DNA of 64,000 nt, from assembly GCA_045647535.1 (NCBI GenBank), contig JAZRMM010000021.1, positions 3,116-67,115 on the forward strand, written 5' to 3'. This DNA comes from Alistipes sp. GTDB lineage: Bacteria; Bacteroidota; Bacteroidia; Bacteroidales; Rikenellaceae. Position numbers and translations under genes: made by a program. The notes under the pieces are model-generated. The model was not told where the DNA came from. It made no database searches and saw only the letters and a list, made by a program, of their open reading frames with translations. Positions within the stretch are counted from its first letter, which is position 1. Each line of letters opens with the position of its first letter. This document shows, piece by piece, positions 49,832 through 60,874 of the stretch.

Positions 49832-50885
49832 CGTGGGTATCGCTGTGCGACATATAGCCAGCTTAATTGTTGGCCTTACCTTCATCTTCTCGGGCTTTGT
49901 CAAGTCCGTAGACCCCGTGGGTACCTCCATATTTGTGGAGAAGTACCTCGCCACCTATGGCTTGGAGTCGCTACTTCCTGCTTCCGTAGCCATTGGCGTG
50001 GTGCTCGGCACTGTTGAGCTTATGCTCGGCCTTATGCTTGTGTGTGGGGCCTACCGCAAGATGGCATCGTTCGGTGCAATGCTCTTCCTTTTTGTATTCA
50101 CCATTGTAACACTGCTCAGCGCTACGGTCCTCCCCATTGGCGATTGTGGTTGCTTTGGCGATGCTGTCAAGCTAACGCCCTGGCAGACCTTCGGCAAGAA
50201 TGTAATACTCCTCCCCTTGGCCTTGGTGGCTTGGCTATCCTCTCGTAGGGTCGCCCCTCAGCAATATAGCATGGAGGCAACTATTGTTGTGACACTGCTC
50301 TCGCTTATGCTCAACCTTGCGTCGCTGCGCTTCCAGCCACTCGTCGATTTCCTCCCTTATAAGGTGGGTGTCAACCTGCGTGACGAGGTGCAGAAAAGCT
50401 ACGATGCTGAGGCTAATAGTGTCGTTGTCTATCTGCAATTTAGGGATAAGACCACGGGTGAGATTATTGCCTTGCCCGCCGACGACCCAAGGTGCTGGAC
50501 CGAGTACGATGACTATGTTGACACCTATAGTGTCGCGCAGAGTGTCGAGCAGTCGCCCTTTGCCGATTTCAGGCTCTTCGCTGATGGGGGCGATGTAACC
50601 CTCTCGCTTCTCAACGCCGAGGGGCAGATGCTGTGGGTCACCATCTTCGATGCCGATGCCCTTGTTGGCAACCGTCTAAGGGCTGTGCAGCGCATCATCG
50701 ACTCCCATCCCGACAATGTTGTAGTTGTTACTTCGGATAGTGTTGAGCGTGTCTCTACGTTGGTAGGTGTGTCGTGCTATGCTATGGATGCCATGACCCT
50801 GCGCTCGCTCGTTCGCTCCAAGGTCGGTGTGGTGGTAGTGGAGGATGGCGTCATCGTTGATAAGTGGGATGTTCTGGACTTTTAG
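49815..50885 (+). CDS. DoxX/MauE-like membrane protein (BT_3928 family)
   Basis: FIFSGFVKSVDP, DCGCFGDAVKLTPWQTF.KN and DFLPYKVG motifs; start uncertain. Confidence 0.8.
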   Translation: MLRRCSVGIAVRHIASLIVGLTFIFSGFVKSVDPVGTSIFVEKYLATYGLESLLPASVAIGVVLGTVELMLGLMLVCGAYRKMASFGAMLFLFVFTIVTLLSATVLPIGDCGCFGDAVKLTPWQTFGKNVILLPLALVAWLSSRRVAPQQYSMEATIVVTLLSLMLNLASLRFQPLVDFLPYKVGVNLRDEVQKSYDAEANSVVVYLQFRDKTTGEIIALPADDPRCWTEYDDYVDTYSVAQSVEQSPFADFRLFADGGDVTLSLLNAEGQMLWVTIFDADALVGNRLRAVQRIIDSHPDNVVVVTSDSVERVSTLVGVSCYAMDAMTLRSLVRSKVGVVVVEDGVIVDKWDVLDF

Positions 50886-51030
50886 GATAGGTCATAGATT
50901 CAAATTTCAACAGAAATAGATGTGGTGATATGTGCTAATATTTGCATATATCACCTTTTTGTTTGACCCACAATTAAGAGCCCACGCAATCGCTGTGTGA
51001 GCTCCCTGGATGTTATATGTTATAGCGACA

Positions 51031-51432
51031 TCAGCTGTTCCCTGTTGCCACTATCGAGGTCTCGTGCGTGAGAGGTGCTATGCGTCGTAGCATCTGTATC
51101 ATGCCGCAGTATTTGTCGTGTGCGAGGTTCACCGCACGGCTTATTATCACCTGATCCTTGAGTGTGTTGCACTCTATGCGATAGATGATGTTGAAGTGTG
51201 AGTATCTACTCTCGGCAACCACCGTAGGTGTGGTGAGCGTTCCCTCGATAGATATCTCCATGGAGCCCACGCTTATGATGTGCTCCTTGAGTAGTCCTAC
51301 GATGGTGTGTCCTGCACAGTCGGCAGTAGCATATAGGAGTAGTTCTTTGGGGTTTAACTCCCCGAGGCTCCTCTCGTCCGTAGGTGTGAAACGGAGGTTG
51401 GAGTCCATGCGAAGTGTAATTTTTTGTATCAT
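51031..51432 (-). CDS. OsmC family protein
   Basis: PKELLL.A.A.C and KYC conserved Cys pair. Confidence 0.75.
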   Translation of the reverse strand: MIQKITLRMDSNLRFTPTDERSLGELNPKELLLYATADCAGHTIVGLLKEHIISVGSMEISIEGTLTTPTVVAESRYSHFNIIYRIECNTLKDQVIISRAVNLAHDKYCGMIQMLRRIAPLTHETSIVATGNS

Positions 51433-51533
51433 ATTGCTAAAAAGTTGTTTTATACACTCCCTTATGTCAATAATCGTTCCTTATAGTTGTAAAAAATAAT
51501 AAAAATGACTATCTTTGCGCATTATATATAGAT

Positions 51534-54524
51534 ATGACTATGCAGAAGAAAATAACACTTATCTTTACACTATCGCTTCTCGCCCTCATGCCTCTTGCTG
51601 CCACTGCTTCGCAGCCTAAGGTGCGTGCCGAGAAGAATCATATTGAGGAGCTTATGCAGCGTCGTCGTTGGGGCGAGGCACGCTATATGCTTCAGCAGTT
51701 GGCCACCTCTTTGGATGAGGTCCGCGATGGCTACGATATCGAGTGGGTGGACTACAAGCTTATATGCTGCGCCGTGGAGCTTGGTGCTTCGGATGTCGAT
51801 GATATGATGACACGTTTTGTGGAGACCTACCCACAGAGCCGCTACAACAATAGCATCTTGTATACCCTTGGCTCATACTACTGCGACGAGGGGGACCTCA
51901 AGCGTGCTAAGCAGGTCTACGCTACGGTGGAGTATAAGCACCTCGATGCTCATCAGAAGGAGCGTTTCGATATCCGTATGGGATACATCCATTTCGCCGA
52001 TGGTGAGTACAACGATGCCTATCCATATTTCGTGCGCATCAAGGAGAGTAGCCAGTACTATCCCCACGCCTTATACTTCCTGTCGTATATCGCCTATAGC
52101 AAGCAGGAGTACGAGGAGGCTGCCGAAGGCTTTACCAAGCTTAAGGATAACGACGACTATGGTCGATTGGTCCCTTACTATCTCTTGCAGATTGAGTATC
52201 GCAACCAGAACTATAACTATGTTGCCGATAATGGCGAGAATTTGCTAAATAGCGCAACTGACGAGGTGCGCGACGATTTGGTGCGTGTCATGGCCGAGTC
52301 CTTCTTCGAGGCTGGTGACTATGCCCAGGCCTTGCGCTATATATCGCAGTACCCCGCGGAGCTCATGGGCCGCCAGGAGAACTACATCAAGGGTTACTCG
52401 CTCTACCGTCTTGCTATGCATGAGCAGGCTATCGCCCCTCTTGCTGCGGCGTGTGGTAAGCGTGATCTACTCACCCAGAACGCATCCTACCACCTTGGCG
52501 ACTGCTACCTCAAGGTCGGCGATAAGAGCCATGCGGCCGACGCCTTTGCCATGGCCTCTGCCGAGGGCTTCGACGAGAGTATCGCACGTTACTCGTTGCT
52601 CAACTACGGACGTTTGAAGTTCGAGTTGGGTGGCGGTACATTCAACGAGTCTATCAATGTTCTGAATAGCTATCTTGAGCGTTATCCCGACTCACCATAT
52701 ACGGCCGATGTCAAGAAACTGCTTATCGCTGCCTACGACAATGCTAAGAACTACGACGCTGCCTACTCGGCTATCAAGACCTATAACAACCCCGATGGAG
52801 AGATCAAGAGGGCACTACAGCGTTTGTCCGTATATCGAGCTATCGAGGCCATTAAGCTGGGCGAGTGGGCGAGTGCTGGTGCACTACTCGACGAGGCCGA
52901 GCAGCTGAATGTCGACCCTAAGTTCTCGGCGTTGACCATCTACTGGCAGGGTGAGGTAGCCTATGCTAATGGTGATATGGAGCTTGCTAAGCAGAAGTAT
53001 GGCGACTATATTCGTCGTGCCCCCAAGACCGAGAAGGAGTATGTCATGGCACAGTATGGCTTGGGATATGCCAACTTCGCACTTGAGGATATGGAGTCTG
53101 CCGAGAAGCACTTCGAGAACTTCGTGCGTGACTATGCCTACCGTGATAACTATATGTACGATGCTCACAACCGCCTGGGTGATGCTCGCTTTGCTATGCG
53201 TAAGTTCGGCCCTGCGCGTAAGGCCTATAATATCTCGGTTGCTGGCGAGACTGCTGAGCGTAACTATGCCCGCTATCAGATTGCTCTGATTGATGGTGTA
53301 GAGGTTAAGAATGACGATAAGATAGAGCACCTGAAGTCTATCGTAAGCGATGGCGAGGGTGACTATGTGGATGATGCATGGTATGAGCTTGGTCGTACAT
53401 ATATCGGCCTACAGCGTTATGACGAGGGTGCCAAGACGTTGAGTGACTTTATTGCCACCGACTCGCTCTCGCCCTTCTATGTCGATGCTCTTTCGAACCT
53501 CGGTCTTGCATACTACAACCTTGACCGCAAGGGTGATGCACGTCGTTGCTACGAGCGAATTGTTGAGTTCGACCCACAGTCGTCGAAGTCTTTGGAGGCT
53601 ATACGCTCTATCCGTGAGATATATGTTTCGGAGGGTAACATCGACGAGTATTTCGCCTATGCAGAGCGCAATGGTGTGCAGAGCGATATGAGTGCTGCTG
53701 CTCGTGACTCGTTGACCTTTGCTGCTGCAAAGAACTGCTACCTCGAGGGCAATAAGGTTGTGGCAACATCCAAGTTGAAGAACTACCTCAATAGCTTCAC
53801 CAATGGATACAACCGCAGCGAGGCCCTTTACTACTTGAGTGACTGCCACGTCGATGCTAATGATTATGAGGCTGCTGCGGCGTGCATGGAGGAGCTTATG
53901 GCTAGTGGTAATACAATGTACACCGAGCGTGTTGTTGGAATCTATGCACCTATGACATTCAATATGCAGCGCTACGATAAGTCGGCTATGGCCTACCGTC
54001 GTCTCTACGACCTATCGCGTGATGTGGATACGCGTATGCATGCCTCGGAGGGTTATGTGGAGGCCACACTGCTCTCTGGCGATAAGGATGCTATTAAGCT
54101 CATGGTTGACGATGTAGCCCTTATGGATGATGCCACTGCGTCGGCATGGGCTAAGCGCCGCTCGACATTGGTCAAGGCAAACATTCTTCGTGAGGAGGGT
54201 GATATGGAGGGTGCATTGGTCTATTATGGACACCTCGCTTCTAATCGTTCAACTGCCGAGGGTACTGCAGCATACTACTACCTTGTCCTCGATAAGTTCA
54301 ACAAGGGTGACTATGCCACTGCCGAGCAGATGGTCTACGACTTAGGCATGTGCGGCTCGATGTATTGGCAGGCAAAGTGTTTCCTTGTTCTTGGTGATAT
54401 ATTTGTAGCGCTTGATAATAGCTTCCAGGCTCGTGCCACCTACCAGAGTATTGTCGATGGATACTCACCCAAGGATGATGGCATCGTCGAGGAGGCACAG
54501 CAGCGTATTAACTCTCTTAAATAA
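51534..54524 (+). CDS. Large exported tetratricopeptide repeat protein
   Basis: Signal peptide and TPR-like helical repeats over 996 aa. Confidence 0.88.
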   Translation: MTMQKKITLIFTLSLLALMPLAATASQPKVRAEKNHIEELMQRRRWGEARYMLQQLATSLDEVRDGYDIEWVDYKLICCAVELGASDVDDMMTRFVETYPQSRYNNSILYTLGSYYCDEGDLKRAKQVYATVEYKHLDAHQKERFDIRMGYIHFADGEYNDAYPYFVRIKESSQYYPHALYFLSYIAYSKQEYEEAAEGFTKLKDNDDYGRLVPYYLLQIEYRNQNYNYVADNGENLLNSATDEVRDDLVRVMAESFFEAGDYAQALRYISQYPAELMGRQENYIKGYSLYRLAMHEQAIAPLAAACGKRDLLTQNASYHLGDCYLKVGDKSHAADAFAMASAEGFDESIARYSLLNYGRLKFELGGGTFNESINVLNSYLERYPDSPYTADVKKLLIAAYDNAKNYDAAYSAIKTYNNPDGEIKRALQRLSVYRAIEAIKLGEWASAGALLDEAEQLNVDPKFSALTIYWQGEVAYANGDMELAKQKYGDYIRRAPKTEKEYVMAQYGLGYANFALEDMESAEKHFENFVRDYAYRDNYMYDAHNRLGDARFAMRKFGPARKAYNISVAGETAERNYARYQIALIDGVEVKNDDKIEHLKSIVSDGEGDYVDDAWYELGRTYIGLQRYDEGAKTLSDFIATDSLSPFYVDALSNLGLAYYNLDRKGDARRCYERIVEFDPQSSKSLEAIRSIREIYVSEGNIDEYFAYAERNGVQSDMSAAARDSLTFAAAKNCYLEGNKVVATSKLKNYLNSFTNGYNRSEALYYLSDCHVDANDYEAAAACMEELMASGNTMYTERVVGIYAPMTFNMQRYDKSAMAYRRLYDLSRDVDTRMHASEGYVEATLLSGDKDAIKLMVDDVALMDDATASAWAKRRSTLVKANILREEGDMEGALVYYGHLASNRSTAEGTAAYYYLVLDKFNKGDYATAEQMVYDLGMCGSMYWQAKCFLVLGDIFVALDNSFQARATYQSIVDGYSPKDDGIVEEAQQRINSLK

Positions 54525-54530
54525 CCGAAT

Positions 54531-56204
54531 ATGAAAGGACTAAATATATTTACTGTCGTATCGTCATTGCTCTTGGCTGTGGTCGTTACCCCTGATGCTT
54601 CGGCTCAGAGCACCCACCATGTCGATATTAAGAAGGCATATAAACCCGAGGTTGCTAAGGCGACAAAGCTCGTAGCACCAACCGATATCAACGCCTCGTC
54701 GACCATCGATGTGGAGATAGAGTATGATATCCGCCCCGATACCTGGCGTACGGTGCTTAATGCTCACGACTATAAACCTGTAAAGGCTACGTATTGGGAC
54801 TATAACCGCTCGACGCCCCTCTATGTGAAGGTCGATGCGGGTTACCCACTATCGTCCGATGCTGAGGTACGTTATATCATGCAGAGCTCTAAGGTAGGAT
54901 ATTTTGGTGTGGGCCTTACACATAGTGGCGACTATGCTGCACGATATAGTGCCGAGGGTATCAAGCGAAGTGTCGCTCAGAGCTTCTCGATGAATAATGG
55001 CGTAGATTTGCTGGGCGCTGTAATCTTCGAGAAGCGTATCTTGGAGGCGTCGGCATCCTACAACTACGATATCTTTAACCGCTATGCCGTAGCTGGTGAC
55101 CCTCAGCGCCTTAACTTCCACGATGCTAATATAGGTGTGCGCTTTGGCGATAGCTTCTCTAATCTCAAGCGCCTTAACTTCTCTGTCGAGGCTCATGGTG
55201 GCTATTGGTATCACCGCTTGCCCTCGGCTATTGATGATTTCTCAAACTATGGTGAGGCTAATGTTGGTGCATCGGCAACGCTTGCTCGTCTCTTCGTCAA
55301 GAAGAATAGGGTAGAGGTTAAGGCTGTCTACGATATGTGGATGGGTGGCGATGTATATCGCGATACACGCCTCGGCCTTAATGTGGGCTATGCTCGCAAG
55401 TTCGGTTTCGTAGATGTGGAGGCTGGTGTGGGCTATATCTTCGATAAGGTGTCGGGCCGTAGTAAGGCTTCGCACTTCATCACACCATTTGCCAAGGTGC
55501 TCTTCGATCTCAAGCTCGATGCCTTCACCCCCTATATCGAATTGGATACAAAGGTGGGGCAGAATGGTGTGTCGTCACTCTATAAGCGTAACCCCTACAT
55601 AGATTTTGGCTATATGTATGAGGGTTTTGCCAACATGGCTAATGACCGTAGCTATGATGTTACAATTGGCTTTACGGGTAATGTGAATACCCGCTTTGCC
55701 TATCGTGCATATTTTGGTGCTAACTTCATCCGCGACTATCTATTCTTCTACGTGAACCACAACGGCAATTTCTGTGCAGATACCGCAGACAACACACGCT
55801 TGGTATATGGCGCAGAGTTGGAGTATATGCCTATTGGCGGTCTCCGTCTTGGTGGCTCTATCTCGGGTGTCATCGATAGTATGAACTCGTTGTATTGGTC
55901 TAATGCTCCAGCCTATGAGGCCAATCTCTTTGCTGAGTACACCTTGCGTCGTTGGAAGTTTGGCATATCGTCAGACTTTGTCGGTAAGCGTGTGTGGTCG
56001 CGTGTGGATGAACATGGTAGTATCCTATCACCCATCGAGCATAAGAGCTTTATCGACTTGGGTGTCGACGCAAGCTTCAAGGTGAATAATAGCATTGAGG
56101 TCTTTGTGCAGGGCATCAACCTACTCAATGCAAAGATTTATGACTATGCTAACTACTACCGTAGTGGCATAGGATTTAAGGCTGGTGTTAAGATCGATTT
56201 TTAA
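54531..56204 (+). CDS. Outer membrane beta-barrel (TonB-dependent-receptor-like)
   Basis: Signal peptide, beta strands, NLLN and a C-terminal GVKIDF. Confidence 0.75.
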   Translation: MKGLNIFTVVSSLLLAVVVTPDASAQSTHHVDIKKAYKPEVAKATKLVAPTDINASSTIDVEIEYDIRPDTWRTVLNAHDYKPVKATYWDYNRSTPLYVKVDAGYPLSSDAEVRYIMQSSKVGYFGVGLTHSGDYAARYSAEGIKRSVAQSFSMNNGVDLLGAVIFEKRILEASASYNYDIFNRYAVAGDPQRLNFHDANIGVRFGDSFSNLKRLNFSVEAHGGYWYHRLPSAIDDFSNYGEANVGASATLARLFVKKNRVEVKAVYDMWMGGDVYRDTRLGLNVGYARKFGFVDVEAGVGYIFDKVSGRSKASHFITPFAKVLFDLKLDAFTPYIELDTKVGQNGVSSLYKRNPYIDFGYMYEGFANMANDRSYDVTIGFTGNVNTRFAYRAYFGANFIRDYLFFYVNHNGNFCADTADNTRLVYGAELEYMPIGGLRLGGSISGVIDSMNSLYWSNAPAYEANLFAEYTLRRWKFGISSDFVGKRVWSRVDEHGSILSPIEHKSFIDLGVDASFKVNNSIEVFVQGINLLNAKIYDYANYYRSGIGFKAGVKIDF

Positions 56205-56218
56205 TCTTTAGATAACTT

Positions 56219-56857
56219 ATGGCACGAAGATATAGAGACTACTCATCAGGCTCGCGACGTCTCTCTCTAACATCGCTGGTTAATCGTCCTGCGGAGAACA
56301 GCGATAACAATGCACTGCTATGGGGTATTGCATGGCTTATCATCACAGCTATTCTCGGTTGGTTCTTTCGTGTTATGCCAACATCGTCGTTTGGTGCAAT
56401 TACAACAGGCTATGTCTCGCTACTTAACCACGTAATAGTAAACCTTGTTGTGTGGATTACGGCGTGTGCATTGCCATTCCTTGTTGCCGTTGTCGTTAAC
56501 CGCAAGACTAAGGTTACTGAGCTATTTGGCCGTATGCTTTTCGCTCATTGGCCCGTTATTATACTCATGCTCCCTGCAGTGTTTGGTGATAAGATTGCCT
56601 ACTCTACATACATGAGTAGTGTTGCGCATTTCGATTTCGATGTCACCTTTAATTGTCAGCCATCATACTCTTTGTGGATGACAATCCTCATGTGTGTCGC
56701 TCTTGTGTGGTATCTCTATTGGAGCTATCTCGCCTTTAGAAGGGCTACAAACCGAAGCGGTATCACGATTTTCCTCTACCTTGTGGTGGCCATGATGCTC
56801 TCGTGGTGGTTGTCGGATGTGGTAGTTGAAAACATGATACCCTCATTGATAAAGTAG
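56219..56857 (+). CDS. Hypothetical membrane protein (Yip1-like)
   Basis: About five TM helices. Confidence 0.6.
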   Translation: MARRYRDYSSGSRRLSLTSLVNRPAENSDNNALLWGIAWLIITAILGWFFRVMPTSSFGAITTGYVSLLNHVIVNLVVWITACALPFLVAVVVNRKTKVTELFGRMLFAHWPVIILMLPAVFGDKIAYSTYMSSVAHFDFDVTFNCQPSYSLWMTILMCVALVWYLYWSYLAFRRATNRSGITIFLYLVVAMMLSWWLSDVVVENMIPSLIK

Positions 56858-56916
56858 GGTAGAATCTATGGTGGTAGGTGTTAGATATAATATGTCGGAT
56901 ATGGACAAAAAAAAGA

Positions 56917-57012
56917 GGGTAAGCTACTTATATCGCACCGCTACAACCGCATACCCTTGCTCAATTCCTTGCCTGGGGGGGTCTGCAGGAGCTGGTCGTA
57001 TAAGACTTACCC
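56917..57012 (-). ncRNA. ffs: Signal recognition particle RNA (4.5S)
   Basis: Minus strand gggtaag...ccccccaggcaaggaattgagcaagggt...cttaccc forms a long hairpin with an SRP CAGG..GGAA..AGCA-like core; TACTTTTG element upstream and a T-run downstream. Confidence 0.85.
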
Positions 57013-57061
57013 GGGTGCAAAAGTAGTAAAAAAAAGTATTTCTGCAAAATAAATTTGAAAA

Positions 57062-58090
57062 ATGCGTAAAAAAATAGTTGTCATATCTCTGTTAGTCGCT
57101 GTAGTAGTGATAGTTACGCTATGTGTGATTGGACGAAATATGTTCTATGGCTCGGCGGTAGATAGGGAGTATGAGGTCGTTCTTGAGGCGGATGATAGCT
57201 ATAGTGAGATGATTGCTAAGGTTAAGGTTGGTATGGATAACCACCTCGCCTTCGATTACTATGCCGACCATATAGACCTCAAACGAACTATTAAGCCTGG
57301 TCGCTACACCATTAAAAAGGGTATGACCGTCATGGAGATTGCCCGCATGCTTAAGATTGGTGTTCGCAACACCTCGCGTCTGGTGATAAATAATGTGCGA
57401 ACTCCTGAGGCTCTTGCCGAGAAGATAGCCTCGCAGACTAATATCAAGGCGGAGGATATGGTTGCTATACTTAGAGATGAGGCGTTTGTGAAGAGTTGTG
57501 GTTTTGACTCACCTGAGGCGATGTTCTCGATATTCCTGCCTAATACCTACGAGGTGAAGGAGACTATTACACCTCGTGAGCTTGTTGAGTATTTCATTAA
57601 TGAGAACGATAAGTTTTGGTCTAAAGCTGCCAATAGTGAGTCTCTTGCAACGCTTGCTGCATCAACACCAATAAAGAACTCATACGAGGTTATGGTGTTG
57701 GCATCCATCGTCTATGAGGAGACTAAGTGCGAGGAGGAGATGGCTTGTGTTGCGGGCGTCTATATCAATAGACTCAATAAGGGTATGCTCTTGCAGGCAG
57801 ACCCTACGGTGAAGTATGCTCTGGGTGATCCAACCATTAAGCGAATACTCTATGAGCACCTTGAGGTCGATTCGCCCTATAATACATATAAATATAAGGG
57901 GTTGCCACCAACGCCGATAACTATGCCCGACATGGCGGCTATCGCGGCGGTGCTTAACTACGAGAAGCACGACTACCTATACTTCTGTGCTACGCCAGAG
58001 TTGGATGGTCGTCACAACTTCGCCAAGACACACACTGAGCATCAGCGCAATGCTCGTGCCTATCATAATGCAATTAAAGGTTTGAAATAA
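57062..58090 (+). CDS. mltG: Endolytic transglycosylase MltG
   Basis: LASIVYEET, LQADPTV and SPYNTY...GLPPTPI motifs. Confidence 0.93.
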   Translation: MRKKIVVISLLVAVVVIVTLCVIGRNMFYGSAVDREYEVVLEADDSYSEMIAKVKVGMDNHLAFDYYADHIDLKRTIKPGRYTIKKGMTVMEIARMLKIGVRNTSRLVINNVRTPEALAEKIASQTNIKAEDMVAILRDEAFVKSCGFDSPEAMFSIFLPNTYEVKETITPRELVEYFINENDKFWSKAANSESLATLAASTPIKNSYEVMVLASIVYEETKCEEEMACVAGVYINRLNKGMLLQADPTVKYALGDPTIKRILYEHLEVDSPYNTYKYKGLPPTPITMPDMAAIAAVLNYEKHDYLYFCATPELDGRHNFAKTHTEHQRNARAYHNAIKGLK

Positions 58091-58095
58091 GATAT

Positions 58096-58680
58096 ATGAA
58101 GGAGAATACTTTTTGGAGTGACGCCTGTAAGTATGGCGCAATATTGGGACTCTTGGCGAGCATCTCTCGACTCTTCGAGGATTACCTGATTTTCTATAGC
58201 TCTGCGCCTCTGGAGCGTATGGCTATCACCTATCTTGTTGAGTTGCTGATATACTCGGTGATATTTATATACCTTGTGGTGCGTTATACCAAGCGTCGTG
58301 CACAGCGCTTTGGCGATCAGGGTTTCACCTTTGGTCAGGGCTTTGGCTACTCGTTCACACTCGTCATCCTCGCTATGGTAGTGGTGGGCGTAGCTCGCAC
58401 TATCTTTATACAGATTATGGGCTTCAACGACTTCGTAGAGGGTTATATCGGTCGAATAGATGAGTTTGAGGCCTACCTTGCAGAAAATGGTGCTCTTGCT
58501 GAGAGCATGGCGAACAATGGCGTGATGGGTAATTTCGACGATATGCGTGTGGCGCTACGAGCTATGACACAGCCATCTATGTTCTCAAACATCTTCTCGG
58601 CTGTTGACTCATCAGCCTTTATAGCCCTGATATTAGCAACGATTATGGGTTTCACAATTCGTCGTAAACCAAGAATCTAA
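58096..58680 (+). CDS. DUF4199 family membrane protein
   Basis: Four TM helices, FGQGFGYS; usual position before the GT2 gene. Confidence 0.65.
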   Translation: MKENTFWSDACKYGAILGLLASISRLFEDYLIFYSSAPLERMAITYLVELLIYSVIFIYLVVRYTKRRAQRFGDQGFTFGQGFGYSFTLVILAMVVVGVARTIFIQIMGFNDFVEGYIGRIDEFEAYLAENGALAESMANNGVMGNFDDMRVALRAMTQPSMFSNIFSAVDSSAFIALILATIMGFTIRRKPRI

Positions 58681-58692
58681 CAGGATGACATT

Positions 58693-59640
58693 ATGAAAGA
58701 GAGTTTGGACATATCTGTTGTAGTGCCTCTGTATAACGAGGCTGAGTCGCTACCCGAGTTGGTTAAGTGGATAGACGACGTGGCTAAGAAAAATAGCCTC
58801 ACCTACGAGATTATCATGGTCGATGATGGCTCGGATGATGGCTCATGGCAGGTTGTTGAGAAACTTAAGAAGGAGTATCCAGCTATCCGTGGCATTAGCT
58901 TCATGCGCAACTATGGTAAGTCGGCAGCCCTCTACTGTGGCTTCGAGATGGCGTGTGGTGAGGTGGTCTTCACTATGGATGCCGACTTGCAGGACTCGCC
59001 CGATGAGATTCCTGAGATGCGCCGCATGATATTGGAGGAGGGCTACGACCTCGTTTCGGGCTGGAAGCGTAAGCGCTACGACCCTATAGGCAAGCGCTGG
59101 CCAAGTAAGTTCTTTAACTTCACAGCACGCCTTATGTCGGGCATCAAGCTCCATGACTTTAACTGTGGCCTTAAGGCCTACCGCCGCAAGGTCGTTAAGT
59201 CTATTGAGGTCTACGGCGAGATGCACCGCTACATACCTATTCTTGCTAAGCATGCAGGTTTCAAGCGAATAGGTGAGAAGGTCGTTGAGCACCACGAGCG
59301 TAAGTATGGCAAGTCCAAGTTTGGCTTGGAGCGTATGATCAAGGGCTACCTCGACCTTATATCCGTGTCGTTCATGTCACGCTTTGGCCGCTCGCCTATG
59401 TACCTCTTTGGTGGCCTTGGCACACTTATGTTCTTGGTGGGCTTCTTTGCCATGACGTGGATTATTGTCGAGAAGTTCGCTTGTAGCGTTCCTCTTACAA
59501 ATCAGCCACTCTTCTATCTCTCGCTTGCTGCTATTGTGCTGGGCGTTGTACTCTTCCTCGCAGGCTTCCTTGGCGAGATGATTAACCGCCGAGCACCAGA
59601 ACGAAATAGATACCTCATAGATACAACAATAGATAAGTAA
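58693..59640 (+). CDS. Glycosyltransferase family 2 (ArnC/DPM synthase-like)
   Basis: VVPLYNE, VDDGS, RNYGKS and MDADLQD motifs; two C-terminal TM helices. Confidence 0.92.
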   Translation: MKESLDISVVVPLYNEAESLPELVKWIDDVAKKNSLTYEIIMVDDGSDDGSWQVVEKLKKEYPAIRGISFMRNYGKSAALYCGFEMACGEVVFTMDADLQDSPDEIPEMRRMILEEGYDLVSGWKRKRYDPIGKRWPSKFFNFTARLMSGIKLHDFNCGLKAYRRKVVKSIEVYGEMHRYIPILAKHAGFKRIGEKVVEHHERKYGKSKFGLERMIKGYLDLISVSFMSRFGRSPMYLFGGLGTLMFLVGFFAMTWIIVEKFACSVPLTNQPLFYLSLAAIVLGVVLFLAGFLGEMINRRAPERNRYLIDTTIDK

Positions 59641-59656
59641 CTAAAACAAAAATATT

Positions 59657-60121
59657 ATGATTCAGAGAATTCAAACCGTCTATCTTGCTGTTGCCACACT
59701 TTTAATGGCGCTGTCGCTTATCCTTCCCATAGCCGTGTTCCAGGTGTCGGGTGTGGAGTATGAGTTGGGAGCATTTTCTTTGCATAACGATGCTGAGAGT
59801 ATTACCTACCCTGTGATATGGATGGGTATCATCCTTGCCGCTGCTACTGTGTTGCCACTACTCATCATCTTCCTCTTCAAGAATCGCACCTTGCAGATAC
59901 GCCTATGCGCTGTGGAGGTAGTCTTGTTGCTTGGCTCGTTTGCCTTCATGGGTATCTTCTATTTCTGCTCTGATACCATTTTCGATGGACTTATTATCCA
60001 GAATGAGTATTTTGGTATGGGTGCTATCATGCCTATCTTGTCTGCAATTCTTATTGTGTTGGCCGCTCGTGCCATCTTCAAGGATGAGGTCTTGGTACGC
60101 TCGCTCGACCGTATCCGTTAG
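59657..60121 (+). CDS. DUF4293 family membrane protein
   Basis: MIQRIQTVYL ... DEVLVRSLDRIR termini. Confidence 0.85.
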   Translation: MIQRIQTVYLAVATLLMALSLILPIAVFQVSGVEYELGAFSLHNDAESITYPVIWMGIILAAATVLPLLIIFLFKNRTLQIRLCAVEVVLLLGSFAFMGIFYFCSDTIFDGLIIQNEYFGMGAIMPILSAILIVLAARAIFKDEVLVRSLDRIR

Positions 60122-60198
60122 GTCTACCATATATATAATATGTCAAGGGCTACCCAAGATGGGTAGCCCTTATTCTATCTATTTAGTATGCCTGCACT

Positions 60199-60813
60199 CT
60201 ACTCATCCTTGCCAAATATCAGGCGGCGTTGGTGAACAGGAAGGGTAGATGTTCGGGGCGCTGGGGTGTCCAGCGGTGCACCAAAGGGCATCTGCGCAAC
60301 AAGCCTCCACTCGGGGTTTATAAGCCAGCGCTCGGCAACAGCATCGTCTATAATGGGGTTATAGTGTTGCAACGATGCGCCATAGCCTATATCTTCGAGG
60401 GCTGTCCACAGCGCAAACTGCATCATGCCAGAGCTCTGCTCCGACCATATACTAACCTTGTTGGCGTACAGAGGAAAACTCTCGCGCAGGAGGTTCAGTG
60501 CTGCCTCATCCTCGTAGAAGAGTAGTGTGCCATGGCCCGAAGCAAAGGCCTTGGTTATCTTCAGCTTTGTGCTCTCGAACTGCTTGATATCAACTAATCT
60601 CTTTAGACTCTCGAGGACTATGTCCCAGAAATCACGATGTTGCTCGTCAAGGAGTAATACTATGCGTGCCGACTGCACATTAAATGGCGAAGGCATGGTC
60701 GTAAGAAGCGTGTCTATAGTCTCAACAATAGCACTATCATCGACCAGTGCGCGGTCTTGTAGGTGGTAGTAGCTACGACGATGTGTCACAGCATCAATAA
60801 AATTACGGCTCAT
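60199..60813 (-). CDS. Nitroreductase family protein
   Basis: RRSYY, PSPFNVQS, GASLQHYNP and LVAQMPFG motifs. Confidence 0.88.
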   Translation of the reverse strand: MSRNFIDAVTHRRSYYHLQDRALVDDSAIVETIDTLLTTMPSPFNVQSARIVLLLDEQHRDFWDIVLESLKRLVDIKQFESTKLKITKAFASGHGTLLFYEDEAALNLLRESFPLYANKVSIWSEQSSGMMQFALWTALEDIGYGASLQHYNPIIDDAVAERWLINPEWRLVAQMPFGAPLDTPAPRTSTLPVHQRRLIFGKDE

Positions 60814-60874
60814 AAATCAAATGTTTACGAGCCGTAGTGCAATTACAATACCATATATTTGTGCTGCTGAGCTG

